NCBI GenBank assembly: GCA_963700145.1
Contig: OY969474.1
Location: 320,001 to 384,000, forward strand
Direction: 5' to 3'
Source of the DNA: an uncultured Acidobacteriota bacterium
Lineage (GTDB): Bacteria; Acidobacteriota; Thermoanaerobaculia; Multivoradales; UBA5704
Length of the DNA stretch: 64,000 bases
Below are positions 9,363-16,849 of the stretch, piece by piece (the stretch's first letter is position 1; the number at the start of each line of letters is the position of its first letter). Under the pieces are notes generated by a model, which worked only from the letters and a program-made list of their open reading frames with translations, ran no database searches and was not told the origin of the DNA. A program made the translations under genes and the position numbers.

Positions 9363-10130
9363 CTACGCCTGCGAGCGCGCGTTCAGCAGACCGCTCTCGC
9401 CTGCGCTCACCAACACCGGCGCGGGCTTCCTGCGGCGCAGGCGCCAGACCCAGTACGGCATGGCGAGCAGGGGTACCAGGACGGGCACGACGATCAGCGC
9501 GGGGTGGCGCAGTGCCTCCGGGAAGGTGTGGGCCTGGCCGATGAAGAACGAGCCGGCGGCGATGAAGAGCGCGAAGCACATCCGCCACAGGTGCCGCACC
9601 AGCCGCGGCCTGCCGTGCAGCCCCCCGCGGCGGATCACGCGCACGTCGGAGGCTGCCGCCAGGAGGAGGACCGTGCTCATGAACAGGGTCATCGGCGCCG
9701 GCACGCCCTCGCGAACGAACGGACCGCGGGTGACGCCCTCGATTCCCTGGACGAGCCCAAAGACGCCGAGAAAGCCCGCCACCAGCATGCCTCCGACCTC
9801 CAGCCACCGCCGCCGCTCCGCCGCGGGGCGGACCGTGGTCAGCGCGGTGAGGACGAAGTAGGCGACGACCAGCCCGCCGCCCCAGTCCTCGCCCTCGAAG
9901 ACGTTGATCACCACCGCGAGGGCCCCCATCGTCACGATCGAATAGACGAACCAGATCCCGCTCTTGCGATGCAGCGCCGAGCCCTTGGCGGCGTAGAGCG
10001 CGAGGTAGCCGGTGACGAGCGCGACGGCGCCCGCCAGGACGTGCACCAGCAGCATCATCCGCAGCGGCGCCGGGCCCTCGGCGAGGGTGACGCGGGCGGC
10101 GAGGGCGATCAGGGGCAGGCTCGCAGTCAT
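9363..10130 (-). CDS. DUF2306-like membrane protein
   Basis: HVLAG...KGSALHRKSG and RLVRHLWRMCFALFIAAGSFFIGQ, with multiple TM helices. Confidence 0.7.
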   Translation of the reverse strand: MTASLPLIALAARVTLAEGPAPLRMMLLVHVLAGAVALVTGYLALYAAKGSALHRKSGIWFVYSIVTMGALAVVINVFEGEDWGGGLVVAYFVLTALTTVRPAAERRRWLEVGGMLVAGFLGVFGLVQGIEGVTRGPFVREGVPAPMTLFMSTVLLLAAASDVRVIRRGGLHGRPRLVRHLWRMCFALFIAAGSFFIGQAHTFPEALRHPALIVVPVLVPLLAMPYWVWRLRRRKPAPVLVSAGESGLLNARSQA

Positions 10131-10216
10131 CGGCTTAGATACGCCGCCGAGCCCGACGGATTACACCGCGCGGTCTATGAATTGCATGATTTAGATGCAT
10201 AAGAGAGGAGACACCG

Positions 10217-11485
10217 ATGACCAACCCTACACGCCTTTTGTTCGTCCTTGTTCTGGTCTTGGTCACTGCCTCTGCTGGATACGGGGAGGAGCCGCGGAGC
10301 GGCCCGGCGGCGGTGGGGTCGAGTCCCCAGGCGCGCAAGGCGCTCGCGGAATCGATCCCGCGCCGGGAGAAAGAGCTCGCGCTCCGGGAGCGGAAGGATG
10401 TCCTGACCGAAGTGGAGCAGCGGATGCAGGAGATGGGCGTGAGCGCCTCCGCCGACGAGCTGACCGATCTCCTCGGGCGGCGGGCGTCCCTCCAGATCGA
10501 CCTCGACAAGTGCCAGTTGGGAAGCAACAAAGCCGGAGACTGCCGCGCGATGGAGACGGAGATGGCGGCCGTCGAGGCGAGCTTCCGCAAGAAGACCGGG
10601 CTCTCGACGCGCGAGTTCCGCGGCGGTCGCCGGGATACGGCCGAGCGTGACGGCCTCCGGGCCGCCAAGGCCGGAACGCCAAGCGCCACCACCGCCTCCT
10701 CCTCCGGCGACAGTTGCACCTGCGCCTTGTCGGTCTACAGCGGCTACCGCTGGATGAACCGTTATTGGGGGCTCGAGTGCAACAACCACGCGAGCCACGG
10801 CGTCTGCAGCAACAACGTCGACTCGGCCCACACGGCCGGCACAGGCGGTATGACCGGCGACATCAACCTCTATTTCGGCTCCTACCACCAGTACCGGGAG
10901 TGCCCGGACGACCAAACCACCTGCTTCCATGGCCCCGAGACCGTGCACCCCGGGGAGTGGGGCAACGCCTGCAATTGCGACACCTGGCACTCGCAGTACT
11001 CCAACCCTCAAGGGACCTGGTACGGCGGGGACCTCTCGGACAGCGCCTGGGTGCATCAGGTCTCGACCCCCTACTTCACGGTGGCCGGCTCCTGCGAAGG
11101 TGCCACCGTCACCGTGAGCGAGTACATCAAGGAGAACGATCCCTGGTGTTGCGACGACCCGATGGGGACGCTGTGGTTCTCGGTGCCGGTCGCCAACGGC
11201 TCCGGCAACAGCCCGGGTCAGGCCTCGGTCGAGAACTGCAACGGCGGCTCGCAGAGCGGCGCCTACCCCTACTGCGGCACCTTCGGGGCGACGATCTGGG
11301 TGGCCTACATCTGCTCGACCTATTCGCAGCCGGAGTGTCCGGATCCCCAAGCGGAGCAGGATTGCTATGCCATGGGCTGGAACTGGCAACCCTGGCCGGA
11401 CTGCAGCTGCGTGGACCCGTGCACACCCCCTCCCGGTTGCCCCTATTGGAACTTCCAGAACTGTATTTGCGAGAACTACTACTGA
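10217..11485 (+). CDS. Secreted Cys-rich hypothetical protein with N-terminal coiled coil
   Basis: AGGAG RBS, signal peptide (…VTASAG), helical N-region, and many Cys/Trp in the C-terminal two thirds. Confidence 0.8.
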   Translation: MTNPTRLLFVLVLVLVTASAGYGEEPRSGPAAVGSSPQARKALAESIPRREKELALRERKDVLTEVEQRMQEMGVSASADELTDLLGRRASLQIDLDKCQLGSNKAGDCRAMETEMAAVEASFRKKTGLSTREFRGGRRDTAERDGLRAAKAGTPSATTASSSGDSCTCALSVYSGYRWMNRYWGLECNNHASHGVCSNNVDSAHTAGTGGMTGDINLYFGSYHQYRECPDDQTTCFHGPETVHPGEWGNACNCDTWHSQYSNPQGTWYGGDLSDSAWVHQVSTPYFTVAGSCEGATVTVSEYIKENDPWCCDDPMGTLWFSVPVANGSGNSPGQASVENCNGGSQSGAYPYCGTFGATIWVAYICSTYSQPECPDPQAEQDCYAMGWNWQPWPDCSCVDPCTPPPGCPYWNFQNCICENYY

Positions 11486-11496
11486 ACTGCCCCGAT

Positions 11497-11526
11497 CCCC
11501 CGGCCGGAGCCGACTCCGGCCGGGGG
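11497..11526. terminator. GC-rich hairpin between convergent genes (no U-tract)
   Basis: CCCCCGGCCGGAG-ccga-CTCCGGCCGGGGG, a perfect 13-bp stem. Confidence 0.6.
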
Positions 11527-11531
11527 CTCCG

Positions 11532-11586
11532 CCTCTTCGGTACCTGATCGCCCTCGACTCCGCCGCCGTCGGCTGCTACTTCGGCG
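11532..11586 (+). repeat. ~55-bp imperfect direct repeat, copy 2 (degenerate, non-coding)
   Basis: cctcttcggtacctgatcgccctcgactccgccgccgtcggctgctacttcggcg. Confidence 0.75.
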
Positions 11587-11594
11587 ACCGCAGT

Positions 11595-11861
11595 TCACCC
11601 TTGAGGGCAGAGAAGATCCATCAGACGAATGAACGTCTTCAGGGCGTTTCTCCATGACTGGGGGATGAAAGGCAAGTTGCTCAGGGCGACCAGAATCGGC
11701 CGGACCACACGATAGATCCCGCAGATTTGCTGGACCGCCTGTGCGGGTTGGGCCTTCACCGTTTCCGCCGTGAAGGCTTTTGCGCCGGCCTCGAACTGGC
11801 TCAGGTCCTGTGAACTGATGTGCCGATCGATCTCTTCAAAGGTGTACTCGCGCTCTGCCAT
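11595..11861 (-). CDS. 88-aa hypothetical protein with an amphipathic C-terminal helical hairpin flanked by two Cys
   Basis: Strong RBS AAGGAGG-cagcc-ATG, lower GC than its flanks. Confidence 0.75.
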   Translation of the reverse strand: MAEREYTFEEIDRHISSQDLSQFEAGAKAFTAETVKAQPAQAVQQICGIYRVVRPILVALSNLPFIPQSWRNALKTFIRLMDLLCPQG

Positions 11862-12008
11862 GGCTGCCTCCTTGAAGTGAGGAGACCATCTCCTCTTTCA
11901 GAAGGACGGACTCGCCGCGAGTTTTCACAAATGAGGTCGATTGCGGAACTTCTGATCTGTGCCTCACGGCCTGTGTGGCTTCTCTCGCTGGCGCCGGTAG
12001 TCGGCCCC

Positions 12009-12656
12009 TTAGCCCGGCCACCGGTACCCGAGCACCGAGTCCGCCCGGTAGGCCCGAACCTTGACCCGGTTCTCTTGATTGCCGCCGAGGAGTTCGAGGA
12101 GGGCACCGCGGGGGGCGAAGAAGAAGGCGACGTGGCCTTGGGCCGGGTTGTTGCCTCGCCGCAGGACGACGACGCAGCCGCTCCGCGGTCTCTCTAGAGG
12201 CCGGCCCCACGCCAGCCAGGAACGGGCGGCGGCGGAGTCCGTGCCGCGCAGGCCGGCTCGGCGTAGACACCAGTTGACGAAGGCCGAGCACCAGGGGACC
12301 TCGTCGGCGGTGGCGCGGAGGGCGGTGGTCGCGTGGTACGCGACGATGCGTGGGTTGTGGGTCTCGTCGGGGTACTCGCGGACGCCGATCTCGCGCTTGG
12401 CGAGGGCGAGCCAGGGCGGTTGTCCTTGCGGGCCGCGGAAGGCATCGCCGGTCCACGGCAGCAGGTAGCGCGCCGCGGCCCAGCCGGTGAAGAGGCCTTC
12501 GGGGGCAGCGCGCCGCACTTCGAGCCACCGGCCGTCCGGCGAGGCGCTCAGCCGCTCGAGGACCATGCCGCGCGGCAGGACGGCGAGGACCGGAAACGCC
12601 GTGCCCGGGCCGCGGCGCAGGTTCAAACCGCTGGCGGTGACTTCGACTGCGGTCAT
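12009..12656 (-). CDS. SH3b domain + TIGR02594-family (NlpC/P60/CHAP-like) peptidoglycan hydrolase
   Basis: LNLRRGPGT (SH3b), PPWLALA, DEVPWCSAFVNW, ARSWLAWG, GHVAFF and LGGNQ. GGAGG RBS. Confidence 0.88.
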   Translation of the reverse strand: MTAVEVTASGLNLRRGPGTAFPVLAVLPRGMVLERLSASPDGRWLEVRRAAPEGLFTGWAAARYLLPWTGDAFRGPQGQPPWLALAKREIGVREYPDETHNPRIVAYHATTALRATADEVPWCSAFVNWCLRRAGLRGTDSAAARSWLAWGRPLERPRSGCVVVLRRGNNPAQGHVAFFFAPRGALLELLGGNQENRVKVRAYRADSVLGYRWPG

Positions 12657-12736
12657 CGCATCGCCCTCCATGAACGGGGGACCGATCGCCCGGGGCGCCC
12701 CCCCATGCCCGTCGGGGCGCCCCGGGACCGGGACGT

Positions 12737-13096
12737 CTACTGCTCCTGCTCCTCCTGCTTGCCGTCGATCGCCTTGGCGAGGTCGAACTCGGCCTCGGTG
12801 AGGCTGCGGGCGAGGCGGCTGACCAGCGTCACGACGATGCGGTTGGGCCGCAGGTCGAGGTCGGCGCTCAGGCCGTGGTCGAACGCGGTCTCGGTGACGA
12901 AGTGGGCGAAGGCGACGGCCGCGCGGGGGCTCGAGAGCGTGTAGCGCCGCGAGATCTCCGTCGCGTTGCGCGCGGCGCTCCAGCCGGGCAGCTCGCGCAG
13001 GAGCTCCTGGATGCGCTCGGCCTTGAGCCTCGCGGTGACCGGGGTCGGCGCCGCCGGCGCCGGGTGCCCTGACGTGTGCGTGGTGGTCCTCTCCAT
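12737..13096 (-). CDS. Pterin-4-alpha-carbinolamine dehydratase-like protein (catalytic HHP motif degenerate)
   Basis: LRELPGW, ISRRY and LTEAEFDLAKAID follow the PCD pattern. AGGAGG RBS. Confidence 0.7.
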   Translation of the reverse strand: MERTTTHTSGHPAPAAPTPVTARLKAERIQELLRELPGWSAARNATEISRRYTLSSPRAAVAFAHFVTETAFDHGLSADLDLRPNRIVVTLVSRLARSLTEAEFDLAKAIDGKQEEQEQ

Positions 13097-13145
13097 AGGC
13101 GTCCTCCTTCCTGACGCGCCGGCCTTCGGTGGCCGGCGCACCCGC

Positions 13146-13210
13146 ATTATAGTCTGATACTCTGCCGTTTACCACTGTCTATTGACAATAGAGTCAGAGA
13201 CTCCGATACT
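13146..13210. promoter_or_regulatory. Divergent promoter region with palindromic operator
   Basis: Plus strand TTGACA(13182)-17 bp-GATACT(13205). The inverted repeat TCTATTG-A-CAATAGA (13178-13192) covers the -35. Minus strand has TATAAT at 13146-13151. Confidence 0.75.
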
Positions 13211-13312
13211 TCTTCGACTTTTTCGCCCGCGGGCAGAGGAGAAGGTGTGAACAGACCGGGTCGGCTAGTAAAGCGCGTGGATCAGGAGACGGATGGGCTG
13301 GGTCGGCGGCTC

Positions 13313-13543
13313 GATCCAGTCGGTTCGGCTGTGGATCGATTCGGTTCCGCTGTGGATCCACTCGGTTCTGGCGTGGATCGGTTCGGTTCCGCCGCCGATC
13401 CGCTCGGTTCCGGCGTGGATCGACTCAGTTCGGCCGCGGATCGATTCGGTTCCGCTGCGGATCCACTCGGTTCCGGCCTGGATCGACTCGGTTCGGCCGC
13501 CGATCCACTCGCTTCCGGCGCCGATCGATTCGGTTCGTGCCGC
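13313..13543 (+). repeat. Tandem array of 11 x 21-bp units, consensus GATC(c/g)a(c/t)TCGGTTC(c/g)Gnngng
   Basis: GATC recurs exactly every 21 bp from 13313 to 13523, with no spacers. Confidence 0.95.
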
Positions 13544-13597
13544 GGGCCGCCCTCATCGGATGGCGGTGCGATCAACCTGTAACGGAAAGGAGGCAGC

Positions 13598-13984
13598 ATG
13601 GCTATCAACGGAAACTCACTGTCCGAACGTGTCACCCGCTGGCAGGTCGTGGTCGAGAACCTTCGCGAAGGCGAAGGCTTCAGCCACATCGCGGCGGATC
13701 TCCAGCGGCTCGAGGAGCGCATCGCCGAGGCGCGGACCGTCCAGAACCAGCTCGAGGACCTGCGCTCGCAGTTCCGGGCGCAGACCGCGCGGGTCCGCAA
13801 GCTCGCCATCGAGGGCGACTCGCTCCGCGCGCGCATCGGGGCCAGCCTGCGCAGCAAGCACGGCTTCACCAGCGAGGCGCTCATCAAGTACGGCTTCAAG
13901 CCGCTGCGGGTGCCGCGGCGGCGCTCGAAGAAGCCGGAGGCGGGCACGACGCCTCCCACGGTCCAGACCCAAGCCGCGGAGTGA
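13598..13984 (+). CDS. Small coiled-coil hypothetical protein (…HGFTSEALIKYGFKP + basic tail)
   Basis: AAGGAGG RBS, heptad-rich helices, strong GC3 bias. Confidence 0.85.
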   Translation: MAINGNSLSERVTRWQVVVENLREGEGFSHIAADLQRLEERIAEARTVQNQLEDLRSQFRAQTARVRKLAIEGDSLRARIGASLRSKHGFTSEALIKYGFKPLRVPRRRSKKPEAGTTPPTVQTQAAE

Positions 13985-14026
13985 GCGGCGCCCTCATCAC
14001 CGCAACAGGACGAGAAAGGAGGAGCG

Positions 14027-14221
14027 ATGTCGCGAACCGAACGGCGGTCCTCCCGGCGTCGGGCGTCGAAGGGCGGCCGCTTCCTGGCCGACCCTGACGC
14101 CGATCCCGACGCGAAGTCGTTCGCCGGCCCGACGCTGACCCAGGCGTCGGACCGGGCCTGGCGTGACCGGCGCCGCCAGCGGCGGCGGCGGCTCGCCCGG
14201 CACTACGGCGAGGGGGACTGA
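14027..14221 (+). CDS. 64-aa Arg-rich small protein
   Basis: AAAGGAGGAG RBS directly upstream of the ATG. Confidence 0.55.
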   Translation: MSRTERRSSRRRASKGGRFLADPDADPDAKSFAGPTLTQASDRAWRDRRRQRRRRLARHYGEGD

Positions 14222-14298
14222 CCGAAGCCCGGCGCGGCGGGCGTGGCGCAAGCGCGCCCGCCGCGCCTTTTTCCGACCGCTGCACGAGGAGCGACCCG

Positions 14299-14820
14299 AT
14301 GCCCGAGCCCGCGCGCCGCACGTTTCCGACGTCCCTGCGCGACACCGTCCGCGGCTGGCTGGAGCCCGCCGGCTGGACCTTCGAGGAGCAGGAGCACCCC
14401 GCGGTCGGCGTCGGCCTGGCCGACGGCGAGTTCCTCTGGGTCGATGCGGCCGTCCGCGACAACGTCGCCGTGCTCGTCGCCGAGCCGGCCACCGGCCCCG
14501 AGCGGCTGTTCGTCTGCTACCACTTCTCGCTCGACCTCGCCGAGCGCGACCGCCTCGAGCGGCTGGGCCGCGCGGAGCGCGTGCAGCTCGCCTGGGACGT
14601 CCTGAGCCACCTGAACCTCCTCCAGGTCGAGTACGTGATCGACGCCACCGTCCCCAACGACCTCCTGCTCTACATCGAGGTGCCCCGCCCGAGCCTGGCG
14701 TGCGACGCGCTGCTCGGCCACCTGCAGCGGCTCGGCGCCGCCATGCGGCTCGTCTCCGTCGCCTACACCAAGGCGCTCGGCACGCTCGACGACCAGCCCG
14801 CCGCGCCGTCCGTGCATTGA
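14299..14820 (+). CDS. Hypothetical protein (possible YbjN/T3SS-chaperone-like alpha/beta fold)
   Basis: GAGGAG RBS and normal codon bias. The fold is a guess from the pattern only. Confidence 0.7.
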   Translation: MPEPARRTFPTSLRDTVRGWLEPAGWTFEEQEHPAVGVGLADGEFLWVDAAVRDNVAVLVAEPATGPERLFVCYHFSLDLAERDRLERLGRAERVQLAWDVLSHLNLLQVEYVIDATVPNDLLLYIEVPRPSLACDALLGHLQRLGAAMRLVSVAYTKALGTLDDQPAAPSVH

Positions 14821-14825
14821 CGGAA

Positions 14826-14899
14826 AACGCCCGGCACGTAGGCCGGGCGCTACGCCTCCCGCTCCGGCGCCGTAGCGCCCGGCCCACGTGCCGGGCGTT
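14826..14899. repeat. Inverted REP doublet (REPIN-like) of GTAG-type palindromes
   Basis: aacgcccggcacgtaggccgggcgctacg ... cgtagcgcccggcccacgtgccgggcgtt. The 29-bp arms differ by one mismatch and each arm is itself a hairpin. Confidence 0.8.
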
Positions 14900-16246
14900 C
14901 TAGCCCGCACCTTCCAGCACCTGCCCGGTCAGCATCAGGAGCCCGGCGCGGAAGCCCCCGGCCGGCAGCTCGCGCAGCACCTCGCGCCAGACCTCGGCGA
15001 CGAGCCGGCGGTCGGCGCTGCCCGCCGCGGCCGCGTCGCTCAGCCGACGCAGCGCCGCGCGCACCTTGGGCGGCAGCGCCCGGGCGCGGACGAGCGGTGC
15101 GAGCTTCGGCGCCATCCGCATCAGCTCGCGCCGGCGGCCGCGCCAGATCCAGAGGCTGGCCAGGTGAATGCCGGCGACGGCCGCCGCCTCGGCTGAGCCC
15201 GCGGCGAGCGCCTCCGCGAACGCCGCGGTGAGTCGCCGCTCGGCCTCGTCGGCGCGGCCGGCCAGCGCCGCCGCTTGCGCGGCGGTCACGCCGAGGACGG
15301 CGCGCAGCGCCGGGTCGTCGAGCGCCGCCGGGTCCGCTTGCCCCAGCACCGCCTCGGCCTGGTCGGCGCGGTCGAAGCGGAGGAGGAGTTGCGCGAGCAT
15401 CAGCCGCCCGCGCGTCGCCGCCGCCGGGTCGGCGAGCCGGCTCGACAGCAGGAACGAGCGCGAGAAGAGGCCCACGGCGCGCTCCAAGTCCCCGAGGTCG
15501 GCATAGAGCGTGCCCTGTTCTTCGAGCGCCAGGCTCTGCTGCGCCACCTCGCCGCACTCCTCGAAGAGCGTCACCGCCCGCTGATAGAGCGCCAGCGCTT
15601 CGGGCGCCCGCTTGCCGGCGCGCCGGAAGCCGGCGAGGCGCCGCGCCAGCACCGCGGCCTCGAACGAGTCCTGCTCCTCGAGGAGGTCGGAGGCGGTTCG
15701 GAAGGCGAGCTCGGCGCTCGGGAGCTCGCCGCGCCGATGGAGCGCCTGGCCGACGAGCGTGTAGCCGCCGCTCTGGAGGTCGCGCACGCCGGCGCCCGGC
15801 GGCAGCCGCTGGAGGACGGTCAGCGCGAGCCGCGCCAGCTCCTCGGCGGCGTCGGGCTGCGTGTCGGCGGCCTGGCCGCCGCGCTCGAGGAGCGTCAGGA
15901 CGACGGCGGCCGTGTTGAAGCGCTCCTCGCCGCGGAGCGCGAGCGTCCGCCGCTCCCTCGGCAGCGCCAAAAGCTCGTCGACCAGCGGCCCGGCCGCCGC
16001 CCGCTCGGCGGCGATCGCCGCCGAGCGCGCCTCCCAGCGCCGGGCGAGCCGCGGCCAGGCCCGCTCGAGCTCCGGCGCGCCGGCCGCCGGCGCCACGCCG
16101 GCCGCCGTCTGAGCGAGCTGGCCGGCGATCGGCCGCGCCAGGTTGCGACAGCGCGAGCAGGCGAGGAGGTGGCCGAGGACGCCGGCCTGGCGCTCGGTCA
16201 GCGATGTCACGAACGGCAACAGCTCGCCCTCGCGGAAGTGCTCCAT
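14900..16246 (-). CDS. Cytoplasmic TPR-repeat protein with N-terminal HxxxCxxC (zf-HC2/anti-sigma-like) motif
   Basis: GHLLACSRC followed by TPR-like helices (GQALHRRGELPSAE, QGTLYADLGDLERA). No signal peptide or TM. Confidence 0.8.
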   Translation of the reverse strand: MEHFREGELLPFVTSLTERQAGVLGHLLACSRCRNLARPIAGQLAQTAAGVAPAAGAPELERAWPRLARRWEARSAAIAAERAAAGPLVDELLALPRERRTLALRGEERFNTAAVVLTLLERGGQAADTQPDAAEELARLALTVLQRLPPGAGVRDLQSGGYTLVGQALHRRGELPSAELAFRTASDLLEEQDSFEAAVLARRLAGFRRAGKRAPEALALYQRAVTLFEECGEVAQQSLALEEQGTLYADLGDLERAVGLFSRSFLLSSRLADPAAATRGRLMLAQLLLRFDRADQAEAVLGQADPAALDDPALRAVLGVTAAQAAALAGRADEAERRLTAAFAEALAAGSAEAAAVAGIHLASLWIWRGRRRELMRMAPKLAPLVRARALPPKVRAALRRLSDAAAAGSADRRLVAEVWREVLRELPAGGFRAGLLMLTGQVLEGAG

Positions 16247-16551
16247 CGGCTGTCTCGCTCCCGTCACTGGCTCGGTTGCAGGTGTTTGGCTGGATTTGCT
16301 GCTCTCCAGCCCTTTTCATCAGTGACGCTGACATTTCTAGCATAGTGTTGCTGAAGATGGCAAGTAGATGTTCCTCCGAGACGTTGGGTAGCGCCCAGGA
16401 ACTGGCCCCTGCCGTCCGTTGCTCGCCGCCGCATCCGTCGTCCCAGCGGGGGAGCGGACCGCACTACGCTGGTGGGAAAAGAGACAACCCCGCGAGCGCC
16501 GCAGCCATCCCGGCCGTCCGGCGACCCGCCGGGGAACGAGGAGGCTTTGCG

Positions 16552-16779
16552 ATGTCAGGTCGGAAAATCGTGGCAAGCGTGGGGGCGCTCGCGGTGGCGG
16601 CGTTCCTCGTCCTGGGCACACCGGCGCACGCCATCGGCTCGCGCGCCGGCAACGAGGCGCCGCCGGCCCGGGCCAGCGCCCGGCTGGCGTTGGCCGAGCT
16701 GTTGCGGGACGTTCTCGACTTCGTCGGGCTGCGGGCGGTTTGGGAGAATCAGGGTATAGGGATCGATCCGTACGGCTAG
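16552..16779 (+). CDS. 75-aa secreted peptide precursor ending in ...VWENQGIGIDPYG
   Basis: GAGGAGG RBS, Sec signal (MSGRKIVASVGALAVAAFLVLGTPAHA, AxA site), amphipathic helix, G-x-G-I-D-P-x-G end. Confidence 0.75.
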   Translation: MSGRKIVASVGALAVAAFLVLGTPAHAIGSRAGNEAPPARASARLALAELLRDVLDFVGLRAVWENQGIGIDPYG

Positions 16780-16849
16780 CAACAGGAGCGCAAGCGGTTG
16801 TGGCAGAATACGCCCGCTAATCTGCTGAAACCCGGGAGACTGCCCGAGC

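Noticed and set aside
13313-13543. CRISPR array
   Set aside because: The units are contiguous 21-mers with no unique 25-45-bp spacers, and no cas genes are in the window.
13282-14138. Overlapping ORFs 13282-13959(-) and 13293-14138(+) as real genes
   Set aside because: They overlap the well-supported 13598-13984 gene, lack an RBS, and stay open mainly because of the stop-free repeat.
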